DNA of 60,968 nucleotides, filler included. It is 5 parts of 5 records of this genome, joined end to end, with 100 filler letters (N's around TTAATTAATTAA, not from the genome) between each part and the next. Parts side by side here need not be neighbours in the genome. Positions count along the whole stretch, not along the records: positions 9,093 to 23,890 come from DRR723986_9054; 4 more parts are not named here. One strand, given 5' to 3'. The translations under genes were made by a program, and so were the position numbers. The notes below the pieces were generated by a model. It was not told where the DNA came from. It ran no database searches and was given only the letters and a program-made list of their open reading frames with translations. Positions 11,419 through 22,035 of the stretch are shown here, one piece after another (the stretch's first letter is position 1; every line of letters begins with the position of its first letter).

Positions 11419-13383
11419 ATGCACAGTCGCCCAACCCTACCGCTACTACTCCTTATCTGCTTTTCATTTGGTCTTGTTTCATGCGGACAGCAATCCGGTG
11501 ATGGGCCCGCTGACAATGCCGCGACCAATTCTGGTGACTCCCAGATGCCCGCGGAACTTGAAGGGCTTACAGCCGCACAAGGTGGAACCGGTTTTGAAGA
11601 GATTGCTGCCGACCTTGGGTTTGAAACTGTTGCCCCAACACCTGAGACACTCAAATATTTGGGTGACCCCAATGCCGAAGTTGGTGGTCAATTCCGCTAC
11701 ATCATTACGCGTTTCCCATTAACATTTCGTCCACTGGGTTACGGCCGTAATGCGCAGTACAGTGAGAACAAGTACGTAACCGAACTCTGCTACGAGCCGC
11801 TCGTTCGTGTTAACCACGTCAATCTCAAGTACATGCCCGGCCTGGCTACCCACTGGCGCATCTCCGATGACAAGTTAACTTACACCTTCCGTATCAACCC
11901 CGCTGCGCGTTTCTGGGACGGCAGTCCGGTTACTGCAGAAGATGTTATTGCAACCTGGGAACTCCTCGTAGATGAGGATATCAAACAACCATCGATTACG
12001 ATGGTTATGGCCGAATATGAACGTCCGGTGGCCGAGAGCCCGCTGATCGTTTCCGTCACATCCAAACAGCCCAAATGGGCCAACTTCATCAATTTTGCCG
12101 TTAACATGTCCATCGTCTCCGCTGAGGCCGTGGCACCGCTAACAGGTACGGAGTTTCTGGACAACTTCGACTATAAACTTGTCCCCGGCACAGGTGAGTA
12201 CATTATCAACCCAGAGGATATTACAAAAGGCGTTAGTTACACTTTTACGCGCCGCGAAAACTACTGGGCCAAAGACGATCCCTTCCGCCGCAACCTTGGA
12301 AACTTTGACCGCATCAAAATTGACGTTGTTGACAACAACGAAGGTCTGCGCTACGAGCGGTTTAAGAAAGATGAGCAGGATTTGTTCTACTTCACCAGCA
12401 GCACAATGGAAAGCTGGATGAATGATAACGACCATGAAGCCGTTGCAAATGCCTGGGTAGTGAAAAAACGTGTACATACCGACGGTGTCGGAGGTTCCTG
12501 GGGGATCTCCTACAATATGCGCAAACCACCCTTTGACGACATCCGCATGCGCAAGATATTCACGCACATGTTAAATCGTCAAGAGTTTATCAATAAGCGC
12601 CTGTACGGTGAATATGTGCCGCTCGATTCCTACTACGAAGGCTCAGTTTACAAGAACCCGCAAAACCCGCTGGTACGCTACGATCCGAATATGGTCGCCG
12701 CACTCCTGCGCGAACTTGGCTATTCCAAGCGCAATGCCGACGGTTACGTCGTAAATGCTGCCGGCGAAATGATTGAAATCACCCTTACGATTGTACAGTC
12801 CGCCGAAATGTTCGTAACGCCGTTCCAGGAAGACCTGCGCAGCATTGGCGTTAAACTTAACATTGAGTATGGTGACCAGAATTCGAGCTTCAAAAACGCG
12901 ATGGAGCGTAACTTTCAGCTCTTCTGGAACAACCTCTCCGGTCAGGTATTCCCCGATCCACGCACGCAACTGTCATCTGCTCTGGCAGATGCCGATAACA
13001 ATTGGAACGTCGAAGGTGTCAGCAAAGCTGAAATCGATCAGTTGATTGCCGAGTACGATACGACCTTTGCCATTGAGCGGCGCATCGAGATTGTGCAGGA
13101 GCTCGACAAGATTCAGATGGAAATGTACAAGAAGATTCTGCTCTACAAACCCAAGGGTATCAAAGTAGCGCACTGGGATCGTTTTGGCATGCCGCCCTAC
13201 ATCTACGAGCGCATTACACAGCCGGGTGATCACTATATCGCCATATTCCTGTACTGGTGGCTTGACAAAGATAAAGAGCGTCGCCTGGCAGATGCCAAGG
13301 CCGCCGGAAATGCTCTTGGCAGTTACCAGGGCGTTGAAGATATTAACTACTGGGCTGACTACGAAGAAGCCAGTATTCAGTAA
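11419..13383 (+). CDS. ABC transporter substrate-binding lipoprotein, family 5 (second paralog)
   Basis: Lipobox LVSC; motifs ARFWDGSPV and NMRKPPFDD; clearly colinear with the first binding protein. Confidence 0.9.
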   Translation: MHSRPTLPLLLLICFSFGLVSCGQQSGDGPADNAATNSGDSQMPAELEGLTAAQGGTGFEEIAADLGFETVAPTPETLKYLGDPNAEVGGQFRYIITRFPLTFRPLGYGRNAQYSENKYVTELCYEPLVRVNHVNLKYMPGLATHWRISDDKLTYTFRINPAARFWDGSPVTAEDVIATWELLVDEDIKQPSITMVMAEYERPVAESPLIVSVTSKQPKWANFINFAVNMSIVSAEAVAPLTGTEFLDNFDYKLVPGTGEYIINPEDITKGVSYTFTRRENYWAKDDPFRRNLGNFDRIKIDVVDNNEGLRYERFKKDEQDLFYFTSSTMESWMNDNDHEAVANAWVVKKRVHTDGVGGSWGISYNMRKPPFDDIRMRKIFTHMLNRQEFINKRLYGEYVPLDSYYEGSVYKNPQNPLVRYDPNMVAALLRELGYSKRNADGYVVNAAGEMIEITLTIVQSAEMFVTPFQEDLRSIGVKLNIEYGDQNSSFKNAMERNFQLFWNNLSGQVFPDPRTQLSSALADADNNWNVEGVSKAEIDQLIAEYDTTFAIERRIEIVQELDKIQMEMYKKILLYKPKGIKVAHWDRFGMPPYIYERITQPGDHYIAIFLYWWLDKDKERRLADAKAAGNALGSYQGVEDINYWADYEEASIQ

Positions 13384-13564
13384 AATTCACCCTTTGCCGC
13401 CTTAAAGTGAGGCGGCTCAAGACGCCGGAAAGCATGAGCAACCTCGTAGTATCAACTATTCTGATACTCTTAGTGCTAATATTTTTGGAAATTGCAGCCT
13501 AATCTATAACTTGCGCCCGCCGCTACGAGAGAGCGGGTCTTGTTTTGAACTTACAGCAAACGAT

Positions 13565-14803
13565 ATGACCGAATATTTTATTCGACGGCTTCTCCTGGCC
13601 ATCCCCACATTCTTTATTAGCACTCTGATTGTGTTTGGAATTGTTCAGGGGGCACCTGGTGGACCGTTAGAGCAGCAACTCAACCAGTTGCAGGCTCAGG
13701 GAGCGGAGCAGGGCGGCGGCGGGAATGCCGGCCAAACTGAAATTCCACCAAGTGAGGTCGCCAAACTTGAACGCTATTATCACTTTCACGAACCTTTCTT
13801 CATCCGCTATCTAATCTGGCTTGGAGCATGGGAGCGCAATGAACTTGACTTTAGCGTGACGGTTGACAAACCACGTAAAATTGGCGGCGGCCAACGCGCC
13901 GTTGTCACGCAGGATGCGCAAGGTAACTTTTCAGTTCTCGACGCTAACGACCGCTCCAGGGTTCTCAATGGTTGGGAAGTCGAGATGATGACTATCGATG
14001 GCGAGGAACCACAACCGCGCCTGGTCAAGAAAGCACACAAAGGCATTCTGACCTTTTACTTTGGTGACTCCTTCCAATACAATGAACCCGTCGGTGATCT
14101 GATCGCCGAACGTTTTCCGGTCTCATTTCAGTTTGGTCTGATCGGATTTATTCTGGCATACACAGTATGTATATATATGGGGATTCTCAAAGCGCTTAAC
14201 CACGGTGGCGTCTTTGACTTCTCAACCAGTGTCATTGTCTTTGTCGGTTACTCTGTTCCCGGCTGGGCGCTTGGCGCGGTACTCCTCGTTTTCTTCGGTG
14301 GTGGCTCCTTCCTCGACGTCTTTCCGCTCGGGAATTTCCAGTCAGAAAACTACGCTGAACTTACGTTCTTCGGTAAATTTCTTGACCGTGCCTACCACTT
14401 TATTCTGCCGACAATTGCGTACACAATTGCGCAGTTTGCAACGCTGACAATGCTCACGAAAAACTCTTTGCTGGAAAATCTCAGTAAAGATTACGTGAGA
14501 ACGGCCTTTGCAAAAGGTTTGCGTGAAAAGCGCGTCGTCTGGGTCCACGCCCTGCGTAACAGTCTTATCCCCATTGCTTCCCGCATTGGTGGCGTCATCG
14601 GTCTGTTCGTGGCGAGTTCCTACCTGATTGAACTTGTGTTTAATATCGACGGACTTGGCAAACTTTCGTTCCAGGCCATTCTGGCACGTGACTACAACAT
14701 CGTATTCGCATTTGCGGTGATCAGTACTCTGTTATTGATCTTCGGCCAAATGTTGTCCGATTTAGCATTGTCATTTGTAAACCCGCGAATTCGCTTCAAG
14801 TAG
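13565..14803 (+). CDS. Oligopeptide ABC permease (OppB/YejB-like)
   Basis: YFIRRLLLAIPT N-terminus; EAA loop DYVRTAFAKGL; NPRIRF end. Confidence 0.92.
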   Translation: MTEYFIRRLLLAIPTFFISTLIVFGIVQGAPGGPLEQQLNQLQAQGAEQGGGGNAGQTEIPPSEVAKLERYYHFHEPFFIRYLIWLGAWERNELDFSVTVDKPRKIGGGQRAVVTQDAQGNFSVLDANDRSRVLNGWEVEMMTIDGEEPQPRLVKKAHKGILTFYFGDSFQYNEPVGDLIAERFPVSFQFGLIGFILAYTVCIYMGILKALNHGGVFDFSTSVIVFVGYSVPGWALGAVLLVFFGGGSFLDVFPLGNFQSENYAELTFFGKFLDRAYHFILPTIAYTIAQFATLTMLTKNSLLENLSKDYVRTAFAKGLREKRVVWVHALRNSLIPIASRIGGVIGLFVASSYLIELVFNIDGLGKLSFQAILARDYNIVFAFAVISTLLLIFGQMLSDLALSFVNPRIRFK

Positions 14804-14818
14804 GAATTGCAATTGAGC

Positions 14819-15976
14819 ATGAAAGCAAGCGAAGCCAAAACTCCAGATAAGGCTCCCAATACAGACGCAGCCACGACTCCAAAAGTCGATAAGCCCATTA
14901 GTGTGATGCAGCGCCGCTGGCGCAAATTCAAAAGCATTAAACGCGGCTATTATTCCTTTTGGATCCTCGTCGCCATGTACTTCCTGTCCTTTCTGTTGCC
15001 CGTACTGGTCAACAACAAGGCCTTGGTAGTTAGTTATGAAGGCGAAACCTATTTTCCGGCTCTGCGTGACTTGGTTGGCCTGTCCTCGTATTACAGTGGC
15101 GAACAACTCGGGCAGCTCAATTCTGCGCGTGATAATGAAGCCAACTACCGCGATCTACGTGATCAGTACGAAAATGAAGGCGGCGATAACTATGTCATCA
15201 TGCCGCTGTATCCCTTTGGTCCTATTGAAAACTTAAGTGTCGAAGAGAATCCGGTTTTTGCCGCTCCCTTTGAGATTAAGAATAACTCGCGCCCGCGACT
15301 GCTCGGGACGGATGATGTTGGCCGTGATGTGTTTGCACGTATGGCCTACGGATTTAACATTTCAATATCCTTTGCCCTGATCGTGGCCATGTGTTCGTAC
15401 CTGATAGGGATTCCCTTTGGTGCGCTCTCCGGCTACTTTGGTGGATGGGCAGACATCCTGCTGCAGCGTATAGTTGAAATCTGGTTGGCTCTGCCATTCC
15501 TGTTTTTGATTATCATCGTCGTTGCTTTCCTCGGGCCCAGTTTTGCGCTGCTTGTCGGCCTCCTGGCGGCCTTTGGCTGGCTCGGAGTTTCGCTGTTAAT
15601 GCGCGCCGAGTTCTACCGTGAAAAGTCTATGGACTATGTAGCCGCCGCCGTTTCCATCGGTGTGCCGACGCATAAAATCCTGCTGAAACATATCCTGCCA
15701 AACTCTCTGGTTCCAATTATCACGTTCTTCCCGTTCGCGATTGTCGCTGGTATCACGCAGCTCGTGAGTCTGGATTTCCTTGGATTCGGATTGCCGCCTC
15801 CAGAGCCAAGTTGGGGACAAATGGTCGGCGTCGGCCTCAAGTACATCTCTACCGGGTACTGGTGGCTCGTCCTGGCTCCGCTGTCCGCAATGTTTATGAC
15901 TCTCTTATTGACGGTATTCATTGGCGAAGGCGTCCGTGAAGCCTATGATCCGAAAACCTTCTCGCGTCTGCGCTAA
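14819..15976 (+). CDS. Oligopeptide ABC permease (OppC/YejE-like)
   Basis: Motifs LGTDDVGRDV, DYVAAAVSIG, HILPN, PSWG and GEGVREAYDP. Confidence 0.92.
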   Translation: MKASEAKTPDKAPNTDAATTPKVDKPISVMQRRWRKFKSIKRGYYSFWILVAMYFLSFLLPVLVNNKALVVSYEGETYFPALRDLVGLSSYYSGEQLGQLNSARDNEANYRDLRDQYENEGGDNYVIMPLYPFGPIENLSVEENPVFAAPFEIKNNSRPRLLGTDDVGRDVFARMAYGFNISISFALIVAMCSYLIGIPFGALSGYFGGWADILLQRIVEIWLALPFLFLIIIVVAFLGPSFALLVGLLAAFGWLGVSLLMRAEFYREKSMDYVAAAVSIGVPTHKILLKHILPNSLVPIITFFPFAIVAGITQLVSLDFLGFGLPPPEPSWGQMVGVGLKYISTGYWWLVLAPLSAMFMTLLLTVFIGEGVREAYDPKTFSRLR

Positions 15977-16039
15977 TCCGCCGGACGCCCCGTCGCAAAC
16001 CCTAGAATAGGGACAAGCGCAAATCGGCAGTAAAAACGA

Positions 16040-17113
16040 ATGAACACGCCTGAAACACGCGATAAACTGGTAGAAGTACGCGACCTCAAAACGTACTTCA
16101 CAATCGAAGGCCGCACGGCGAAAGCCGTGGACGGTGTCAGCTTCGATATCTACAAAGGAGAAGTGCTCGGCCTGGTGGGCGAGTCCGGTTCCGGCAAGTC
16201 AGTCACATCACTAAGCCTGATGAAACTGATCCCAAGTCCCCCCGGCGAAATCGTCAATGGGGAAGTGCTGTACCGCGGCCAGGACCTGATGAAACTCTCC
16301 TACGAAGACATGTATAAAGTTCGTGGCCGTGAAATCGCCATGATCTTTCAGGAACCCATGACATCTCTTAATCCCGTCTTCCGCATTGGGATGCAGATCA
16401 TGGAAGTTATCCTGACACATGAGAATGTCGACGAAGAACAAGCCTTTGGACGCGCAGTTGAAATGCTGCGCGCCGTTGGTATTCCCGACCCGGAAAAGCG
16501 GATGAAAGACTATCCGCACCAGTTCTCCGGTGGGATGCGCCAGCGTGTGATGATCGCCATTGCACTTGCCTGTAATCCAGGTCTGCTAATTGCCGACGAA
16601 CCGACGACTGCCCTGGATGTAACCATACAGGCACAGATCCTTGAACTCATGCTTGAGCTCAAAGAACGTCGCAAGGAAGCTGCAATCCTCCTGATCACAC
16701 ACGACCTTGCGGTTGTGGCCGAAACCTGCCAACGCGTGATTGTAATGTATGGCGGTAAAATTCAGGAAGTCGCGGAAGTCAAACAGCTGTTTAACAGCCC
16801 GCAGCATCCCTACACGCGTGGATTGATTGAATCAATTCCGCGTCCGGCCGTACTCGGCCCGGAAGGCGCGCATCAAAAACTTCGCGCCATTCCAGGCAAC
16901 GTGCCCAGTATCATGAACCTGCCCGTCGGCTGTAAGTTCTGCACGCGCTGCGAAGTCAAAATTGATATCTGCGATACCGTCGAACCGGAATTGATCGAAG
17001 TTTCACCCGGACATCAGGTGCGCTGTCACCTGGTTTCCAAAGACTCTGCAGCCGCGCAATCTTCCGGCGCGACGTCGGATCAGAAGCCGACGGATAAGGG
17101 AGGGCAAGCCTAA
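16040..17113 (+). CDS. oppD: Oligopeptide ABC ATPase (OppD/DppD-like)
   Basis: Walker [27 protein letters not shown] and a Cys-containing C-terminal domain. Confidence 0.9.
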   Translation: MNTPETRDKLVEVRDLKTYFTIEGRTAKAVDGVSFDIYKGEVLGLVGESGSGKSVTSLSLMKLIPSPPGEIVNGEVLYRGQDLMKLSYEDMYKVRGREIAMIFQEPMTSLNPVFRIGMQIMEVILTHENVDEEQAFGRAVEMLRAVGIPDPEKRMKDYPHQFSGGMRQRVMIAIALACNPGLLIADEPTTALDVTIQAQILELMLELKERRKEAAILLITHDLAVVAETCQRVIVMYGGKIQEVAEVKQLFNSPQHPYTRGLIESIPRPAVLGPEGAHQKLRAIPGNVPSIMNLPVGCKFCTRCEVKIDICDTVEPELIEVSPGHQVRCHLVSKDSAAAQSSGATSDQKPTDKGGQA

Positions 17114-18132
17114 TGAGTTCCAATACTCCCAAACGTGAACCGCTCCTTGAAGTCCGCAATCTGAAAGTACACTTCCCGATTTTCGGTGGAATTTTCCAGC
17201 GACGGGTTGGTAATGTCAAAGCCGTGGATGGCGTAAGTTTTACGCTGTACAGAGGTGAAACACTTGGTCTGGTCGGTGAGTCCGGCTGCGGAAAAACAAC
17301 CGTCGGCCGTGCAATCATCAACATCCTGCGCCACGTCTCTCCTGATGTGACGGTTGAAGGTGAAGTCCTGTATCACAGCAAGGGCAAAACCTACAATCTG
17401 GCACACATGAACAAAGCTGAGATGCTGCCGCATCGCAGTCAGGTACAGATGATCTTTCAGGATCCCTATTCCTCCCTGAACTCGCGCCTTACGGTGCGTC
17501 AGATTATCGCAGAGCCTCTTAAACTGCACATGCCCAATCTGAAGGGCTCCGAAGTCAACGATCGCGTTGAAGACTTGCTCCAGAAAGTCGGCCTGCAGCC
17601 CGAATATGCCATGCGTTTTCCGCATGAATTTTCAGGTGGCCAGCGCCAAAGGATTGGGATCGCGCGCGCACTCTCAACGAATCCAGATATCATCATCTGT
17701 GATGAGCCCGTCTCCGCGCTTGATGTGTCCGTTCAGGCTCAGGTGATCAACCTGATGGAAGACTTGCAGGAAGAGTTTAATCTCTCATACCTGTTTATCG
17801 CACACGATCTCTCAGTCGTTGAGCATATCAGCGACCGGATCGCAGTCATGTACCTGGGCAACATCGCCGAAATCGGTGAGGCAGACGACGTCTACTTCAA
17901 GCCCAAACATCCTTACAGCAAAGCGCTCCTGTCCGCCGTGCCTGTTGCCGATCCAAATCGCAAACAGCAGCAGCGCCAGGTGCTCGAAGGTGATATTCCA
18001 ACACCTTTGGCCAAACCCTCAGGTTGTGGTTTCCGGACGCGCTGTCCCATTGCCAAGCCCGACTGTGCGGAAAATATCCCGCAGTTGCAGGATAAAGGCA
18101 ATGATCAGATGGTTTCCTGTCCGCACGTTTAA
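17113..18132 (+). CDS. oppF: Oligopeptide ABC ATPase (OppF/DppF-like)
   Basis: [25 protein letters not shown] and GCGFRTRCP motifs. Confidence 0.9.
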   Translation: MSSNTPKREPLLEVRNLKVHFPIFGGIFQRRVGNVKAVDGVSFTLYRGETLGLVGESGCGKTTVGRAIINILRHVSPDVTVEGEVLYHSKGKTYNLAHMNKAEMLPHRSQVQMIFQDPYSSLNSRLTVRQIIAEPLKLHMPNLKGSEVNDRVEDLLQKVGLQPEYAMRFPHEFSGGQRQRIGIARALSTNPDIIICDEPVSALDVSVQAQVINLMEDLQEEFNLSYLFIAHDLSVVEHISDRIAVMYLGNIAEIGEADDVYFKPKHPYSKALLSAVPVADPNRKQQQRQVLEGDIPTPLAKPSGCGFRTRCPIAKPDCAENIPQLQDKGNDQMVSCPHV

Positions 18133-18231
18133 ACGTCAGCAGTACGCACAATCTGTCAGCACAAGCTGTCAGAGGCAACTGATAGGGAATCGCTTCTGCT
18201 TTTCCTGCGGCTTGTGTCCAGTTCAGATCAA

Positions 18232-18278
18232 AATAAAAAGAGCTGCCGAGATCATTCTCGGCAGCTCTTTCTGTTTTC
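18232..18278. terminator. Bidirectional intrinsic terminator
   Basis: AAAGAGCTGCCGAGA-TCAT-TCTCGGCAGCTCTTT stem with A/T flanks, between convergent genes. Confidence 0.85.
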
Positions 18279-18345
18279 GGGCAGGAATCAAGGCGGCAGT
18301 GTCCTCAATTCTCTTTCTGACTTCAATTGTTCTGCAGCATTGGGA

Positions 18346-18732
18346 TTAAATCCGGTCTCCCTTGCGGCCACCTTTTTTATCACCGCGTTTTTCCTTTTTC
18401 TTGGCTTTCATAGCTTCGAATTTCGCGCGTTGATCTGCTGTCAGAATCGAAGCAATCTGTGATTGGCTCTCATCGCGCAGTGCCTTCATGGCTTCGCGTT
18501 TACTGGCGCGGTCACCGTCCTGCTCACGCAGTGCCTCAGCCTGAGTTTTCGCATTCTCGAGAATGCCACGTACCTGGCCAACCTGATCAGCTGTCAGTTC
18601 CAGATGTTCAGTCATTTTTTCGAGGCGCTTCTCAATGTCGCCGCCGCGCGCCAATGCCTGAGGCGCAAATGTTGCCATAATTAAGAGACTGCAGGCGATC
18701 AGAGCGAGGGTTTGCAGGTTTAGCCGTTTCAT
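18346..18732 (-). CDS. Secreted helical Spy/CpxP-like (LTxxQ) protein
   Basis: Signal peptide (QALA); LELTADQ and ILTADQRAKF motifs. Confidence 0.75.
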   Translation of the reverse strand: MKRLNLQTLALIACSLLIMATFAPQALARGGDIEKRLEKMTEHLELTADQVGQVRGILENAKTQAEALREQDGDRASKREAMKALRDESQSQIASILTADQRAKFEAMKAKKKEKRGDKKGGRKGDRI

Positions 18733-18826
18733 GATATTTCTCCCGAGAGTATTCAATAGCGCCCGAACTGTCGAGCCCGAACTAACGTGTATGTAGCTGC
18801 TTAGAGCTGCGCCAATCGGGAAAGGT

Positions 18827-19276
18827 TTAAAGCAAACCGCCAAAAGGGAAATTTTTATAATACTTTTTTTGAACGACCAGAAATTTCACGTACTGCTGTG
18901 GTGTCAGAATGCTGCGCAGCTCCGTCTCAAATGCCGCCCGGCGTTTGCTGCGAAACTGCTTGTTCCATTGCGCCTGCGTCTCCGTTTTCAGGAAGTTTTC
19001 ATAGGATTCATGACAGTGCGCTGCTACCGCATTCTGGACTCTTGCGGCGCTTGCCTTGTCCAGCTCCAACTTTTTGCGCAGATAGTCGGTCCGTCGTTGG
19101 ATTTCATACACAAACGAAATTTCGGCTGTGCTCCTCGTGGATGTGCTCCTCGCGGTTGTGTCACTAACTGCAGAACTTTCATCTTGTGCTGCAAAGCCGT
19201 TTACGGCGGGCAAAACAAGAAAACTCAAGCTGAATAAGCCTATGCCAAAAAGTAGCGTGCGCCTCAATATGTTCAT
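18827..19276 (-). CDS. Secreted LTxxQ-motif protein
   Basis: Signal peptide; ILTPQQYVKF motif. Confidence 0.65.
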   Translation of the reverse strand: MNILRRTLLFGIGLFSLSFLVLPAVNGFAAQDESSAVSDTTARSTSTRSTAEISFVYEIQRRTDYLRKKLELDKASAARVQNAVAAHCHESYENFLKTETQAQWNKQFRSKRRAAFETELRSILTPQQYVKFLVVQKKYYKNFPFGGLL

Positions 19277-19396
19277 TGTTTAAGTCCCCGCAATCTAATG
19301 TGTAAAATGGTGGCCATCAACAAACACGCGCCAGAAAAATTAAACAAGTTCTATCTGGTTGAAACAAGCTGAGTGCAACATCTGTGCGCAATTCTT

Positions 19397-19879
19397 CTAC
19401 TTGTTGTTACCCTTGTGGTCCGTTGGCTTGATCGTCTGAATATTTTCACGAATTTTGCGTCTTTCCGACCATTCGATGTGTTTTTCCAACTGTTTGGGTG
19501 TTAACACGGCCATCAGGGATTCTTCAAATTCTGCCCGAGCGGCCTTAACAACTTTGTCGTATTCCTCGCGCTGCTTGGGTTTAACATCGGACTGCTGAAC
19601 CGTTTCCTCGCGTTGGTGTAGTAAAATGTCAACAGTATCCCGTTGTGCTTCGCTGAGTTTCAGGCGTTTAGCCAAGCGTTTTAACTCTTTGGCAAGCTTT
19701 TTCGCGCTGTTTTTTCGCGTCTGTTTTTCTATTAAAGAATTATGGACGTCTACTGAAGAGGCTTGTGCACCTGCTTTACCCGATTCGGGAGTCGATTGCC
19801 CTGCCAGGACGGAAGAATTTAAGCAGACAAGTGCAGCACATAAAATCGTGCCGCGCATAATTTGGGTGTAAAAATTCAT
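19397..19879 (-). CDS. Secreted LTxxQ-motif protein
   Basis: Signal peptide; LKLSEAQ and VLTPKQLEK motifs. Confidence 0.65.
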   Translation of the reverse strand: MNFYTQIMRGTILCAALVCLNSSVLAGQSTPESGKAGAQASSVDVHNSLIEKQTRKNSAKKLAKELKRLAKRLKLSEAQRDTVDILLHQREETVQQSDVKPKQREEYDKVVKAARAEFEESLMAVLTPKQLEKHIEWSERRKIRENIQTIKPTDHKGNNK

Positions 19880-20070
19880 GTTGTTTTCACTCCAAAATCA
19901 GACAGGAAAAAAACGTCTTGCCGCACATCTTGTCAGCATATTTTCTTCAAAACACAAATTTGCTAAAAAATGAGGTCCCCCAGCAAAAATTTTTATCCGA
20001 CACAGTCGTGTACTCCCTTCAAATCTCGACGCCGCGTCGGAATATTTCGCAATCCGAAAGGAATTGAGCT

Positions 20071-20442
20071 ATGGTTAAGATCAACGGACAGGCCATCGAC
20101 CCCGAGCAGTTGCCCTTCAAAAAAGTGCAGCGCACATCGCTGGAATTAAATGCGACCAAAATGCCCTACACTTTTGAGGTTGAGACACTCGAAGGTATCA
20201 TGCGCGGGCATGCCGGCGATTATCTTGTACGCGGACTGAGTGGCGAATATTACCCGATCAAAGCCTCCTTGTTTGAGCGTACTTACGAGGGGCTGGAGGA
20301 AGATGCTGTGGACGCAGTTCCCAGTCCTGAACTGGTGCACAATATCGAAGACGGCGTACTTAACATGCGCGTTTTACATGCAGATGCGGCAACGCAAGGG
20401 CGTGTGATTGCAGCTGTCCAGGCCGCGCTAAAGGGTGAGTAA
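20071..20442 (+). CDS. PGDYG-like small domain protein
   Basis: TLEG...AGDYLVRG..GEYYPIK..LFERTYE pattern. Confidence 0.65.
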   Translation: MVKINGQAIDPEQLPFKKVQRTSLELNATKMPYTFEVETLEGIMRGHAGDYLVRGLSGEYYPIKASLFERTYEGLEEDAVDAVPSPELVHNIEDGVLNMRVLHADAATQGRVIAAVQAALKGE

Positions 20443-20947
20443 TTAACTCCTTAGCTGTTACCAGGCTCTTGAATCGAATTGTTTAACTTCACTGTTAAAC
20501 GTAGGCTGTTAAACATTGGCAAAAATTGCGCTGCATTCAGATTCCTGGATTGCAGCGCCGTTTGTTTGCTCTTACATAGCTGCACTCCGGCTTGCTTTTT
20601 GAGCTTCTTGTTTGTTAATGAGCCTAAAGTCAAAAGTCCCTGCTCCCGGTAGCGCCTGCCGCGCCACAATTGTTCCAATCTGCAGCGTCAGTAGCAGCAC
20701 AGGAAGTGCGGCGCTCCAGCCTGCAGCCCACACTGCCTTAACCCCACCACCCGGCTTACGTCAGGAAATAAGCTTGCAGTTGCCATTTAACACACAACCT
20801 TGATTCAAGCGCACGCAGCCGCGCAGCCACGGCAGCTTTGATCCCCAAATTTTGTATCATTGCAGTAGCTTTTTAGCGCAATCATCAAGGTTTCTTGCTG
20901 AACGCCAAGCGCAAAATGGTGACATCCATAAACCCACTGGAACACAC

Positions 20948-21811
20948 ATGTTCACACGTAAACTTTCCTGTCTGGTACTTATCGCCATGCTCATTGCTGG
21001 ATTCACGGCCTGGTTGCCGGCCGGCGCAACTCCAACACCCGAACCCGCCGATGCCGCCGATTACGAAGTTGTTGCACTCGATGACGTCGAGTGGCAGCAG
21101 CTCAACCCGCTGCGTGGCGATAAAAGCCCCAAAGCCGGCACGCTCTGGGGCGATCGCACCGGCTCCGGCCCCGCCGGATTTCTCCTTAAACCAATCGACG
21201 GCTTCAAATCACCGCCGCACATTCACAATGTCGCATACCGCGGCGTGGTCATCAGCGGGCTGATTCACAACGATGACCCCGACGCAGAAGAGATGTACAT
21301 GCCGGGTGGCTCGTTCTGGACACAGCCTGCCGGTGGCATTCACATCACCGCCGCCAAAGGTGATAACACGCTGGCCTACATTGAAGTCGAAGATGACTTT
21401 GGTGTGCTGCCCGCCGATGAAGCCTTCGCCAGCCCCGAAAAACCGCTGAATGTCGATGTCTCCAATCTCGTCTGGGTTAATCCGCCCGCGGGCCGGACTG
21501 CATCCGGTGGCGCCAAAGTTGCCTATCTGTGGGGCACACCGCAGAGCGATCAGTTAAATGGTGTTCTCGTCAAATTGCCGCACGGTTTTAAGGGCAAACT
21601 GCAGGTGCTTGGCAAAAGTCTGCGTGCCGTTGTCATCCAGGGGCAGCTAAGCCATCAGATTCCAGGGCATGATAAAGCGACCAAAATGCAAGCCGGCAGT
21701 TATTTCAGTTCCAAGGGTGATGCCGCACACCAGTTGGCCAATCAGGCCGGCGGTGAGTGTATCGTGTATCTGAGGACCAAAGGACACTTTAACCTGACTG
21801 CCGCGAACTAG
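20948..21811 (+). CDS. Secreted cupin-like DUF4437 family protein
   Basis: LNPLRGDKSPKAGTLWGDR, SPPHIHN and SFWTQPAG motifs; signal peptide. Confidence 0.8.
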   Translation: MFTRKLSCLVLIAMLIAGFTAWLPAGATPTPEPADAADYEVVALDDVEWQQLNPLRGDKSPKAGTLWGDRTGSGPAGFLLKPIDGFKSPPHIHNVAYRGVVISGLIHNDDPDAEEMYMPGGSFWTQPAGGIHITAAKGDNTLAYIEVEDDFGVLPADEAFASPEKPLNVDVSNLVWVNPPAGRTASGGAKVAYLWGTPQSDQLNGVLVKLPHGFKGKLQVLGKSLRAVVIQGQLSHQIPGHDKATKMQAGSYFSSKGDAAHQLANQAGGECIVYLRTKGHFNLTAAN

Positions 21812-21950
21812 GTTTTCTGCTCGCCGTCTGCCCTAAAACGCCGACGCCGACGCCGATGCGTTCAGAGCAGCATAGTCGTTTCTGACTATCCCGCTTGCCG
21901 GACTTAAACAAATGCGCAAATCATGAGACACCTGAACATTTGCCGGACAA

Positions 21951-21995
21951 CAAAAAAAGCCGCACATCCCAAAGGATATGCGGCTTTTGTATTTG
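21951..21995. terminator. Bidirectional intrinsic terminator
   Basis: AAAAGCCGCACATCC-CAAA-GGATATGCGGCTTTT between convergent genes. Confidence 0.85.
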
Positions 21996-22035
21996 TAGTG
22001 TTAACTCTGCCGCGGGCAGAGAATCACAACCTAAA

